Source: Vulcanimicrobiota bacterium
Lineage (GTDB): Bacteria > Vulcanimicrobiota > Vulcanimicrobiia > Vulcanimicrobiales > Vulcanimicrobiaceae
Length of the DNA: 64,000 nt
Assembly (NCBI GenBank): GCA_963833095.1
Contig: CAWHWQ010000008.1
Coordinates: 64,001 to 128,000 of the forward strand
Direction: 5' to 3'
Below the pieces are notes generated by a model. That model was given only the letters and a program-made list of their open reading frames with translations, had not been told where the DNA came from and ran no database searches. Numbering within the stretch: the first letter of the stretch is position 1; each line of letters opens with the position of its first letter. Both the position numbers and the translations under genes were made by a program. Below, piece after piece: positions 8,838 to 19,962 of the stretch.

Positions 8838-10043
8838 TCCGTAAGCTCATCCCGATCCTTGGGATCACGTTCATCGATATCATCGGCTTTAGCATGCTGC
8901 TGCCGGTGTTGCCGTATTTCGTGACCCATTTCGGGATGAGCGCGATCGTCGTCGGGCTTCTGCTCTCGACATTCTCGTTCTGTCAGTTGGTTTCGGGTCC
9001 GATCTGGGGCAACATCTCGGATCGCATCGGGCGGAAGCGCGTACTGATCATCAGTCAGATCGGCGCCACAATCGGATGGTGCATGCTCGCGTTCGCGCCG
9101 AACATCCTGTGGGTCTTTTTCGCGCGAATCGTCGAAGGCGTCTCGGGCGGAAACATCGGCGTCACCCAGGCCTATGTCGCCGACTTGGTGGAAGGAAAAG
9201 ATCGCGCGCGCGCATTTGGATTGCATCAGCGCGACCTTTGCCGCGGCGATGGTATTCGGGCCGGCCGGAGGCGGCCTGCTCTATAGTAAATTTGGCTTTT
9301 CGGCCCCGTTCCTCGCCGCGTCGGCGTTGCAGTTCCTCACGCTGATCCTCACGATCGTGCTCCTACCGGAATCGCGTTCGAAAGTCGAAGAGGATCAGGC
9401 CCACGTCGGAATGCGCGAGATCGCCGCGACCTTCACCAACCCCCGCTTCTCGCCGCTTCTTATCCAGAAACTTGCGCTTTCGCTCTGCCTATACGGGTGG
9501 TACTCGGTGATCGCGTTGTATCTCGCCGGACAACTCCACTTCGGCCTGGTTGCGACGACCTATTATTTTTCCGCTTTTGCGGTGATCAACGTGCTGATCA
9601 ACGGCGTCGGAGTCGGCAAGGCATCGAGTCGCTTCGGTGACCGCGTGATGTCGACACTCGGCCTCGGGCTGCTTGTCGTGGGTATGGCGTGCACGCCGTT
9701 CGTGCACAATCCGCTCAGCTTCGCCGGCGTGATGGTGCTCTTTGCAATGGGCAGCGCGTATGCGAACAACGGCATCAACGCCATGCTCTCCAACGCCGCC
9801 TCCGAACGCGAGCAGGGCACGGTGCTCGGCGTCGGCTCGTCACTCGACGCACTCTCCGGCATCATCGCGCCGCCGATCTCCACTGGTCTCTTGACCACGT
9901 ACGGGCCGGGTTTCGCCGGCATCGAATCGCTGGTGATGGCCATCATCGGACTGATCCTCGGCGTGCGAAACACTCTGCTGACTTCCGCAGTACCACCTGT
10001 CACAACTGAACCACTGGCTGCTGAAGAATTGGAGCCAACGTGA
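8834..10043 (+). CDS. DHA1/TetA-like MFS transporter (frameshift near 9220)
   Basis: [19 protein letters not shown]. Confidence 0.88.
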
Positions 10044-10816
10044 AGTCAAAGATCACCGGCAGCACGCTTCCCGTGCTCGAAGTCGGACTAGAACCTGGCG
10101 ACAAGATCGTAGCGGAACCCGGTGAGTTTTCGTGGATGACCTCCAACGTGCAACTCAACACGACGGCAATGACCGCCGGCGTCAAGGGCGTATGGGGTGT
10201 GCTCGGGCGCGCGCTCTCAGGCGGCGGTATCTTCATGACCGAGTATAGCGTCGCAAGCGTGAACGGCCTGATCGCGTTCGCGGCCAAAGTACCGGGCGAG
10301 ATCATGCAAGTCGACGTCTCACCAGGACACGAATATCTGATCCACCGTCATGGATTTCTCTGCGCGACCGAAGGCGTGCAGCTTACGATGGGATTTCAGC
10401 AATCACTCGGCGCGGGGATTTTCGGCGGCAACGGCTTCGTGCTGCAAAAGCTTGCCGGCACGGCGACCGCCTGGGTCGAACTCGGCGGCGAGATCGTGAC
10501 CTACGATTTGCAACCGAACGAAACGATCCAAGTGCATCCCGGTCACATCGGCATGTTCGAATCGACCGTCAATTTCGACATCACGTTTATGAAGGGCATC
10601 ATGAACGCCGTCTTCGGCGGCGACGGGCTCTTCATCGCGCGCCTCACCGGGCCGGGCAAAGTGTGGCTGCAGACGCTCACCATGCCCAATCTCGCGCACG
10701 CTCTGATGCCGTATCTCGGAAAAGAAACGGCAGCGCCCGCGCAGGCCGCCATTGGTGGCGGCATCGCGGGCGGCATTGCCGGTTCGCTCCTCAAGGATAT
10801 GTTTGGCGGCTCTTAG
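10040..10816 (+). CDS. AIM24/TIGR00266 family protein
   Basis: FGGDGLFIARLTGPGKVWLQT. Confidence 0.92.
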   Translation: MKSKITGSTLPVLEVGLEPGDKIVAEPGEFSWMTSNVQLNTTAMTAGVKGVWGVLGRALSGGGIFMTEYSVASVNGLIAFAAKVPGEIMQVDVSPGHEYLIHRHGFLCATEGVQLTMGFQQSLGAGIFGGNGFVLQKLAGTATAWVELGGEIVTYDLQPNETIQVHPGHIGMFESTVNFDITFMKGIMNAVFGGDGLFIARLTGPGKVWLQTLTMPNLAHALMPYLGKETAAPAQAAIGGGIAGGIAGSLLKDMFGGS

Positions 10817-10831
10817 GACGGTTCAGCCGGC

Positions 10832-11305
10832 CTATTGTTCGCAGAACAAGAAGCCGTTGCGGTTTCCGACTTGACGCGATGGACATGAGCGCAGGTCGAG
10901 TGAGCTCGAGCGATAGCCGTTGCCGGTGCTGCACTCGGCGCTGAGCACTGAACCGTTCATCGAAGCGTTGTCGCAGCTAGCCACCCAGCTACCGCGGGGG
11001 AGATGGTGCCAGCGACCGTAGCCGGCGTCCGAGCTATAGCTATTTCCACTTTCGCAAAACAGCTGGCCGTTGTTGTTCCCGAATTGACCGCCCGGGCACG
11101 AATTCAAACCGATTGACGAATACGTCCAGGAACCACCGGTTGTTTGGCATGAGGCGCTGAACTGGTTTCCCGAAATGCGAGCATGACGGCAGCTTGCCTG
11201 CCAACTGCCGCCCGGCCAACTTGGATATGACTGCGCGTGGGCGGGTTTCGAGAAACCGAAGAGCGCGAGCGTTGCAACGGTGAGAATGGATAGCGCGATG
11301 CGCAT
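10832..11305 (-). CDS. Secreted CVNH (cyanovirin-N homology) repeat protein
   Basis: Signal peptide ending AHA; two repeats GSW.ASC...SA.C....S...L.SCP....GN.NG.LFCE; AGGAG SD. Confidence 0.8.
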   Translation of the reverse strand: MRIALSILTVATLALFGFSKPAHAQSYPSWPGGSWQASCRHARISGNQFSASCQTTGGSWTYSSIGLNSCPGGQFGNNNGQLFCESGNSYSSDAGYGRWHHLPRGSWVASCDNASMNGSVLSAECSTGNGYRSSSLDLRSCPSRQVGNRNGFLFCEQ

Positions 11306-11317
11306 GCGAGAACTCCT

Positions 11318-12182
11318 CTAAGCAGCGGATTTCTTGCGGCGCGCGGTCGTCGGCTTCTTCTCCGGTTTGTCGTTCGAGGCTGCGCGGCCGTTGCCGGCAC
11401 GACGCTTTTTGCTTTCTTCGAGCGACTGTGCCAGCACGTCCATGAGATTGACTACCTTCGAGCGCGGCGCCGCGGCCTTCTTGGCCTTGGGTAGTTCTTT
11501 CCCCTGAGCGCGCGCTTCAATCATCGCCAACAGCTCGTCATGGTACTTGTTCTTGAATTTCTCGGGCTCGAACGCTTCGACGCTCATCGTGTCGATCAGC
11601 ATGCTGCGCCATCTTCATTTCGGCTTCCGGCAGCGCTTCTCTTCCCGGGAAGTTCGAGCGTCGATGATTCGCACGATCTCGTTGGCCCAGTGCATCAGCT
11701 CGAGCACCAGCGCTTCGCCGATCGGCTTAACCGCGGCGATGTATTCCTTCGTGCGGATCACGACGCGAGCGATCGCCACTTTGTTCGATTCGGTGAGCGC
11801 CTCGCGCAGAGCGCGTAGGCGTGTTTGCCCTGTTTGCTCGGTTCGAGGTAGTACGGCTTATCGAAGAACATCGGGTTGATCTTATCGAGGTCGACGAATT
11901 CGAGGATGTCGACCGACTGCGTCGCCTCAGGATTGACCTTCTTGAAGTCGTCGTCGGTCAGCGTGACGTACTGGCCCTTCTCGTACTCGTAGCCCTTGAC
12001 GATCTCGTCCTACTGGACGGTTTGCCGTCGACGGAGCAGATGCGCTCGTACTTGATGCGCCCCTCGTCTTTGTCGTGCAGCAAATTGAACGAGAGCTCGT
12101 CGGTGCGGACCGCCGTGAAGAGCTTGACCGGAATCGTGACCAGACCGAAATTGATTGCCCCGGACCAAATCGCGTGTGCCAT
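11318..12182 (-). CDS. ku: Ku (NHEJ), multiple frameshifts
   Basis: MAHAIWSGAINFGLVTIPVKL; KVVNLMDVLAQSL; basic tail. Confidence 0.93.
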
Positions 12183-12257
12183 AGCCGAATTAGTTTCCCA
12201 CGGCCGTTGGAACCCACTCCGTCCCCAATATATTTGCCGGAGCAGCGGGCGGCGCCA

Positions 12258-14775
12258 CTATTTCCATTGTTTCTGTGCCTTGGAAATGGCCGGTTCCAAT
12301 CGATGCTTTTTCCAGGCCTTCCCACCATGGTCACCGTCGCGTTCCAGGCGCTTGGGCTCGTGCGAGGTTAAAGGCGGTAAAAACGTCTGCGGGCAGGCCG
12401 GCCCGCTTGCGGGCAAGGCCTCGACCTCGTCCCACGCAAGCGGCGTCGAAACGGGCGCGCCGTCGCGCGCGCGGACTGAGTACGGGGCGACGAACGTTTT
12501 GCCGCGCCCAACTTGCAGAAAATCAAAATAGACCGCGCTTTGACCGCGCTGCGATACGTGTCGGTCGAGTGTGATGCGCGCTGCATCCTCGTGCGCGAGC
12601 CGGTGCGCGACGATCTCGGCAAACATTTTGGCAGCATCGTACGTGTAGCCCGCCTCGAGCGGCACGACGACGTGCAGGCCCATTCCGCCGGAGGTCTTGA
12701 CCAGCGGCGTCATGCCAAGGGACGCGAGCAGATCGCGAACCTCGAGCGCGACCGAGGCGAGCGTCTTGATCGTACAGTCTCGCCGGGATCCAAATCGAAG
12801 AAGATGAAGTCGGGTACCTCGAGTGTCGCTTCGCGCGACGACCAGACGTGCAGCACGATCGACGGCGAGATTGGCGACGAACGCGAGCGTCGCTTCATCG
12901 TTGCAAATGATGTACGTCGTCTTAGCGGCTGACTCGGGGCTCGTGATCGTCGCCGCTCCGCCCAATCGGGCAACCCTTTGGGAAGTGCTTCTCCAAGAAC
13001 CGGCGCCGTCGATGCCGTCAGGATAGCGTTCAAGGTCAGCGGCCGGCCTTGCACATGCGGCAGCAGCCACGTCGCAACCGCGCGATAATACGCAATCAAG
13101 TCGCCCTTGGTATAGCCGTCGCGCGGCAACAGCACTTTGTCGAGATTGGAAAGCTACAGCGTGCGGTTGCCGACCGCCACTCGACTTCCGTCGCGCATTT
13201 GCTCGTCCCTTCGGACGTTCGCGCGTGACGTCTTTGGCGGTTTTGTCCGCGCAAACCGAGAAAGGCCGGTTGGCGAGGCACGTGTCGCGCGTCCATTCGG
13301 TAAAGCGGATCTCGGCGACGAGTTCCGGCGTGACAAAGTGCAGCGGCGGGTTTCAATGGCTGGATTCAGCGAACGGTGAGGTCTCGCGCGCAAGCGCTTT
13401 GAGCTGTCCCATGATGTCATCGATGCGTCTCACTGAAAACCCAGTGCCGACTTGTCCGCCGAAGCGAGTTCCTTGCCTTCGTAGAGCCCAGCAGCAGCGA
13501 ACCGAAATCCTAGCGGCTGCCCGTCGGATCGGTCCAGCCGCCGATCACGAACTCTTGCTCGAGCTTGGCCTTGATCTTCACCCAATCGCGCGAGCGCGTC
13601 ATACGTAGGGCGACGCGCGTTTCTTGCCGATGATGCCCTCCAAGTGCTTGCGTTTGGCCTGCTAAAAAACGCCTTGCCCTTTCCGACGACGTGTTTGGAA
13701 TAAAGCACGAGCTCATCGTTGCCGATCAGGCGTTCGAGCATGGCCTTGCGTTCTTCAAGCGGGATCTTGCGTTGGTCGCGACCGTCGGCATATAGCACGT
13801 CAAACGCCGCGTAGGTGAGCGTATGTCCCTGTTCGGCGTATTCTTGCAAACGTTGAAAATCGGAGCGGCCCTTGCGAATCCAAACTCACGATCTCGCCGT
13901 CGACGATGATCGGTACGCTCTCGAAGGCGTCGGCAAGACCCGGCCAAATCGGGGAACTGTTTGAGCAAATCGAGCCCGTTGCGCGAGACGAGCGTGAGCT
14001 TTCCCTTTGCGTCAACGGTGCAAATCCCACGATAGCCGTCCCACTTGATTTCAAAAAGCCAATCGTCGCTATCAAACGGCTCGTCGATGAGCGTCGCGAG
14101 TTCGACGCCCTTGATCTTCGGCAGCGGTTCAGCTTTAGCAGCCGCGCGCGCGCGCTTCTTCTTGGGCGGGTCAACGGGGCGCGACTGCCAGGTCTTGGGG
14201 TTGCTCTCTTTCTTGATGTCTTCGATCGTCTTGCCGCTAACGACCGACTCAGGGTAGTCATCGACGTCGTAGTGGGTGGGATCGTTGCCGTCGTGATCTT
14301 TGATCAGCAACCACGGATCGCCGGACTCACCCTCCTTCGGCTTGATCTTCACCAGCGTGAACATGCCGTGCATCTTTTTCCCGTGCATGATGAACTTGAT
14401 CTTCCCGTTGGCTATCTCACGCGCCGGATCGGTGCCCTCGGCGAGCTCGTACCACCCCTCATCCCAAATGATGACTTCGCCTGCGCCGTATTGGCCTTTC
14501 GGAATGACGCCTTCGAAGGTGCGATACGCCAGCGGATGATCCTCAACGTGCATCGCAAGACGCCGCTCGCCCGGCACCAACGTCGGGCCCTTGGGAACCG
14601 CCCACGACGGCATCGCGCCGTCGGCCTCCAGCCGGAAATCGTAGTGTAATCGGGTTGCGCGGTGCTTTTGGATGACGAAGCGCAACCGCTTGCTGCCGCG
14701 CTCCGGCTTGCCGCTGGGCTCGGGGGTCGCGGCAAAGTCGCGCTTCTTGTTGTAGGTCTCGAGGGAACGCGCCAT
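12258..14775 (-). CDS. ligD: LigD, phosphoesterase-ligase-polymerase order, multiple frameshifts
   Basis: FVIQKHRATRLHYDFRLE (PE); EIKWDGYR (ligase); TKGDLIAYY, KTSGGMGLH, VAPYSVRAR (polymerase). Confidence 0.9.
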
Positions 14776-14883
14776 TCCTAACGACCGTACCCAAAGACGT
14801 GCGCCAGCAGCGCGATCGCGCATGCTGCCAGGATGATCGCCGCCAGGCCGATTCCGGCCGCCGGTCGTCGAATCACCGAACCC

Positions 14884-15171
14884 ATGAGTTGGGAGCTTGC
14901 CGGCGCGATCGCATCGATACTCCTTGGTGCCACGGCCTACGTCCGCAGCCGCGGTTCGGGGGGTTTCTATGACAACGAAGTCTACGGCATGACGGCGCAC
15001 ACGCATCAGCGCTATGCGCTCGCCGCGGCCGCTTTTGCCCTCGCGTTTTTCGCCGCCGGCTGGTGGTGGCCTCGCACCGGCGCAACGATCTGGCTGTTCG
15101 CGGCGTTCGTGCTCTTTGCGGTGTTTTATCTCACTTCATACCTGCGTGGAGCCTCCGAGAGCGATGACTGA
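14884..15171 (+). CDS. Small membrane protein
   Basis: 3 hydrophobic segments; overlaps the start of the next gene. Confidence 0.6.
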   Translation: MSWELAGAIASILLGATAYVRSRGSGGFYDNEVYGMTAHTHQRYALAAAAFALAFFAAGWWWPRTGATIWLFAAFVLFAVFYLTSYLRGASESDD

Positions 15172-16875
15172 ATTTCACTTCTCCCCACGGCCCAACCGCG
15201 CCGCCGAGATCGCCTGGCAGGCCTGGAGCGACGAGACCTTTGCCCGCGCGAAGCGCGAAGACAAGCCGATTCTCCTTTCGATTTCGGCAGTGTGGTGTCA
15301 CTGGTGCCACGTGATGGACGAGACGAGTTATTCGGATGGCGACATCATCGAGGCGATCAACGCCCACTACGTTCCGGTTCGCGTCGACAACGATGAGCGT
15401 CCCGACATCAACGCGCGTTATAACATGGGCGGCTGGCCAACCACGGCTTTTCTTTCGCCGGATGGCTCGCTGCTGACCGGCGCGACCTATCTTCCGCCCG
15501 AACACATGCGGCGCGCTCTCGACCAAGTCTCTGCGTTCTATGCCGAACGCAAGACGGACATTGCCGAAAAGTCGCGCGAGCTTCGCACCACCCGCGCGAC
15601 GTACGACATCGCACCTCCCGACGCGCTCTCGCAAGCGCTCGTGGACGACTTTGCCGCATCGTTGCGCAATGCGTACGACGAAGAGTTTGGCGGCTTTAAC
15701 GAAGAGCCGAAGTTTCCGCAGCCCGACGTTCACGAATTTCTCCTCGCATACTGGCGGCTCACCAACAACCCGCGATTCTACGAGATTGTCGTGCACACGA
15801 TGCGCGCGATGGCCCATGGCGGCATGTACGATGACGTCGAAGGCGGCTTCTTTCGCTACTCCACCACGCGTGACTGGACCGTTCCACACTTCGAAAAGAT
15901 GGCCGAGGATCACGCCGGGCTGTTGCGTGTCCTTGCGCAACTCGAACTATGGGCGCCAAGCGCGCTCGTGCGCCGCGATCTCGAGCGCACGATCGGCTAC
16001 GTGCGCACCGTGCTGCGCGATCCCCAGACCGGATTCTTTGCCGGCAGCCAAGACGCCGACGAAACGTACTACGCCCTTCCGATGGAGGAGCGCCGCGCGT
16101 TGCCGGCGCCGTTCATCGATCGCCGCTCGTATTCCAATTGGACTGCTGCGCTCGCCGGAGCATTCGCATGGAGCGGTATTGCCCTCGACGATCGCTCCCT
16201 GATTGATGACGCGCTATTTACGCTCGACTCGATGCACGAGCGGCTGCGCGATCCCAGCGGCTTGCTCTTTCACGTCGCCGCAGTTGGTGAAGCGCCGCGC
16301 ATCTGCGGACTGCTCGGCGATCAGGTTGCGTATCTGCGCGCGCTGCTTGATGCCTATGAGATTAGCGGAGAGCCACGCATGCTCGAGCGCGCACGAGTCC
16401 ATGCCGATGCCACGATTACCGCATTCGGGGCGGGCGAAGGCGGATTTTACGACCGGGTCGAGCGCGAGGCACTTGGACGCCTCGAAGTCCCCGATCGCCC
16501 CATCGTTGAGAACGGCCTCATGGCCGAGACCCTGCTGCGCCTGGCCGAGTTATCGCACGAGACGCAGTACTGGGACGTGGCCGAGCGAACGCTGCTGCTT
16601 TACGCCAAAACCTTCAGCCGCGCGATGTCGTTCTCGGCTGCCTACGTGCGCGCGCTGGCGCGCTACCTCGCAACCGGCGTCACGGTGCGGGTCACGGGCG
16701 ATCTTGGCGCCGCAGCAGAGCTGCGCCGCGCGGCCCGCCAACTTCCCTCGCCCTTCGTCACGGTCTCGAGCGAGCCGGGCTACGAAGCCCTGGCCTACGT
16801 CTGCCGGGGGACCACCTGCGGTTCCCCGTCGGCCGGGCGCTCGAGCTCACCCAAGTCTACGCTGCGCTGGCCTGA
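15164..16875 (+). CDS. YyaL/SSP411 (DUF255) thioredoxin-domain protein (indel near 16823)
   Basis: WCHWCHVM, GGWPTT, PHFEKM, AYVC..TC; the shifted frame ends at TGA 16873-16875. Confidence 0.9.
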
Positions 16876-16898
16876 AACATCGCCCTACCCGCCGCGTA
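16873..16898 (+). promoter_or_regulatory. ECF (SigW-type) promoter
   Basis: TGAAAC-N16-CGTA. Confidence 0.6.
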
Positions 16899-16921
16899 GA
16901 GAAGGGTGGAGGAGTTCCATC

Positions 16922-17326
16922 ATGACGCCGTACGCCCACATGCTGCTTGCCTACGTTCGCCCCGAGGCGCAAGGCGTGTACGCCTACGAGTACGACCGCT
17001 ACGCCAAAGATCCGATTGTCGCGCTCGTGCTCACGATTTTCTTTGGAATCATCGGCGGCGAAGCGTACTACATTGGAAACTGGCAACGCGGCCTTTGGAT
17101 GACGATCGCGATGTTCAGCGGAGTCGGCATGTTTATCAGCGTACCGCTGTGGATCGCGCGCTGCTTCACGATTCAGGGCGAGTGTGAATCCTACAACGAC
17201 TATGTTGCGTGGCTCGTCGCGAGTCGCTACGTTTCACCCGGGCAAGGCGTGCAACCGCCGCAGCCGGCACCACCCTCGGGGAAACGCCCGGTTATCGGCG
17301 GCCTCCCGATGGCCGCTCCCTCCTAG
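16922..17326 (+). CDS. TM2-domain membrane protein
   Basis: KDPIVALVLTIFFGIIGGEAYYIG; GGAGGAG SD. Confidence 0.75.
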   Translation: MTPYAHMLLAYVRPEAQGVYAYEYDRYAKDPIVALVLTIFFGIIGGEAYYIGNWQRGLWMTIAMFSGVGMFISVPLWIARCFTIQGECESYNDYVAWLVASRYVSPGQGVQPPQPAPPSGKRPVIGGLPMAAPS

Positions 17327-17358
17327 TTTCGTTTCTTCGCAACGACACTGCGGGCGAA

Positions 17359-18486
17359 TCAGTTCGTACGGACGAAGCTATTCCAGTACCAGACGCCCCA
17401 CAAACCCACAACCATCGAGTACGCCATGAGCGCCATGCCCCACCGGGGTAGGCGCTCTTTGACGCCAAGGAAGATCAGCGCCACAAGAAACGGTTCGAAG
17501 TCCAGCGCGTGTCGCATGCCGAACTGCGCAAATCCGTTGACGTAATAGACGAAATTCGGGGCCGCGCATAACAGCGTGGCAACCCAGAGCGCAGCGACCC
17601 AGCGCACCGGTTTGCGCGCGAGGAATGCCAGCACGAGCGCAGGCGACGTCCAGGTCAACGCGACACCGCTGATCGTCGGTGCAAGGTACGGATAATTCGC
17701 GACACGCTGCGGTGTCTGAATGAAGAACGACCACAATTCGTAAGGAAAATACTCCAAGCGAAACGGCGAGCCGGTGGGCATGCCGGCTTGATCCTGGTGA
17801 TACCACGTGGTGTAGCCGATGTCGTACCAGGTGCCCCAACGCGCAAGATTATAGCCGATCCAAATCAGCGCGATCGGCACGAGCATCGTTCCGAACGAGC
17901 GCATGCGTTCGCGGTCACCGAGCAAATACGCGTAGACCGGTAGCGCGAGCACGAGATCGAAGCGCGAGAGGATCGCGCAACCCGCCCAAAGGGCGACGAG
18001 CCAGCCGCGTTTGGAGCCCGCGAGTTCCATCAGCGCGAGCATCGTGAAGCAGACGGCACTGACGTGTGCGATAAACCACACGTCGCCGAGCATCGCGCAC
18101 CAGAGCAGGTCGGTACCCGCAAGCAGAAACGCGCAGACCCAGACGTTCGTCCGCTGCGGAACGCCGAGACGTTCGCCCAGTTCAAAGGCTGCGCCGACTG
18201 CGATTGCGCCGAGCACGACCGCGAGCGCAGTTTGATTGAAGGTTCCGAAAATCGCGACAAACGGCAGTAAGAGAATGGCCGGCATCGGGGCCTCAATCAC
18301 GTAGTACTGGCCGTTGAACGGCAACGCGTCGATGTACCCGCCCGGCCACGTAATCCAAGTGTGCCCATGCAGGAACGCCTGCGCAAGCAACACGTAGTTG
18401 TTGTACGGCGATGAGCGCCCATGCGCGAAGAGCGCGATGACGATCAGTGCAAGACATCCGGCGACAATCGAAGGTTTGATCTTCAC
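17359..18486 (-). CDS. Polytopic membrane protein, GT-C glycosyltransferase-like
   Basis: About 10 TM segments; first external loop with acidic residues; late QFGMRHALD motif. Confidence 0.6.
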   Translation of the reverse strand: MKIKPSIVAGCLALIVIALFAHGRSSPYNNYVLLAQAFLHGHTWITWPGGYIDALPFNGQYYVIEAPMPAILLLPFVAIFGTFNQTALAVVLGAIAVGAAFELGERLGVPQRTNVWVCAFLLAGTDLLWCAMLGDVWFIAHVSAVCFTMLALMELAGSKRGWLVALWAGCAILSRFDLVLALPVYAYLLGDRERMRSFGTMLVPIALIWIGYNLARWGTWYDIGYTTWYHQDQAGMPTGSPFRLEYFPYELWSFFIQTPQRVANYPYLAPTISGVALTWTSPALVLAFLARKPVRWVAALWVATLLCAAPNFVYYVNGFAQFGMRHALDFEPFLVALIFLGVKERLPRWGMALMAYSMVVGLWGVWYWNSFVRTN

Positions 18487-18489
18487 GAA

Positions 18490-19962
18490 CTAATGGTCCA
18501 CTCCCACGCGATAGAGTTCAGTACGCGTCGGCATCCGTTCGAGGTGATATCCCGGAACGCTTCCCTCCGGCGTGCCCGCGACGAACACCGCCTGCGCCGC
18601 AATCCAATCCGACATCCGGTCGACCTGATCGCCGTACCACGACGGTACGATCGCGCGAGCGCCGGTCTGGTGCAGCACGTATGCGTCATAGGCTAGCGGC
18701 GGTGCGATCACCCAGGTCGCGATGATGACTGCGTGATCCGGTGTCGCGCGAAGAATCTCGGCGGCATCGCGCGCCGCACGGTTGTCGTTCGGCTGATCGA
18801 AGAAGTGCCGCTGCGAAAAGACGAGGTAGAGCGCTGCCGCCGCAAGGGTAAGAGTAACCGTCATCCTGACCAGGTTCGGCAAAGCCGAACCCATGGCGTT
18901 CGGCCCTCGGCCGATCCGCGCTCCAAGAGTGCCCGCAGCGATTGCCAAGAGCGCAAAGGCCGGGAGAAAGTAACGATCGACGTCGGATTCTGCGCCAAAA
19001 CCGAACGCAAAGAGCGTGCCGGCAAAGAGGGTCGCGCATGCGACGATCGCGCGCGTTGGCCCGCGGCGGAACGTGGCGATGAGTCCGGCGATTGCAAGCA
19101 CGCACCCGATCGGCGTCAGCTCGCGAACGGCCAGCATGACAAAGCGGACAACGCCGAGCGTGTACGCATGCGCCGTGTATCCGAAGCGCACTTCATCGAT
19201 ACCGATATCGCGACCGGTCACCAGCGAAGCAAAATTCCCGACCAGCACGGGATCGTCGTAATTCCAGAAGGCGCTTCCGACGATGCCGTAGCCCGCAACC
19301 GGATCGAGATGTTCGGCGTTGACGTACGCGCTGCGCAGCGGGAGATAGAGGAAGCACACGGCCGCGCACGCGCACGCGATCACCGTCGCGCGCCGCAGCA
19401 GGCGAGGATCGGTCTCGTGGGCACGCGCCACGACCGCAGCGAGAATTCCTGGCAGCGCGCAGGCGACGACCGGATGGATTGCAACGCCGAGGCCAAAGAT
19501 GATTGCGCAGATATAAAGATCGCGAGCGATGCCGCGATCGAGCCAGCGCAGCAAAAAGCATAGCATCGCGACGCACGCAAGCACAACGAGCGCATGCGCC
19601 TCGGCGCGCGTCGCGTGTTCCCAGGCATCCTCGCCGAAAGCAAAGACTAGTGCCGCGCACAGGCCTGCTATCGCGTCACCGCGTGCGTCGACGACGATCC
19701 GCCAGATGAACCAACAGGTAGTGGCAATGGCAAGCGCGCTAAGCGCGCTCATCCGGAATGCCACCGATCCGAACGGCACGACGTGGGTGAAGGCCCAACC
19801 GATCATCGTATAGAGCGGAAAGCCCGGCGGATGCGCGATGCCGAGGATGTACGGCACGGTATCCATCTCGCCGACGTCCCAGTACATGACGCTGTGATAC
19901 GCACTCGCAAGATAGACCGCAAGCGGTATGACCGCGGCCGCCAGCGAAGGGGCCGCAGACAT
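18490..19962 (-). CDS. DUF2723 / TMEM260-like protein O-mannosyltransferase family
   Basis: WDVGEM...LGIAHPPGFPLY signature; ATRAEAH. Confidence 0.8.
   Translation of the reverse strand: MSAAPSLAAAVIPLAVYLASAYHSVMYWDVGEMDTVPYILGIAHPPGFPLYTMIGWAFTHVVPFGSVAFRMSALSALAIATTCWFIWRIVVDARGDAIAGLCAALVFAFGEDAWEHATRAEAHALVVLACVAMLCFLLRWLDRGIARDLYICAIIFGLGVAIHPVVACALPGILAAVVARAHETDPRLLRRATVIACACAAVCFLYLPLRSAYVNAEHLDPVAGYGIVGSAFWNYDDPVLVGNFASLVTGRDIGIDEVRFGYTAHAYTLGVVRFVMLAVRELTPIGCVLAIAGLIATFRRGPTRAIVACATLFAGTLFAFGFGAESDVDRYFLPAFALLAIAAGTLGARIGRGPNAMGSALPNLVRMTVTLTLAAAALYLVFSQRHFFDQPNDNRAARDAAEILRATPDHAVIIATWVIAPPLAYDAYVLHQTGARAIVPSWYGDQVDRMSDWIAAQAVFVAGTPEGSVPGYHLERMPTRTELYRVGVDH

Noticed and set aside
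15014..17326. 770-aa YyaL-TM2 fusion ORF
   Set aside because: A single indel near 16823 explains it; the TM2 part has its own promoter and SD
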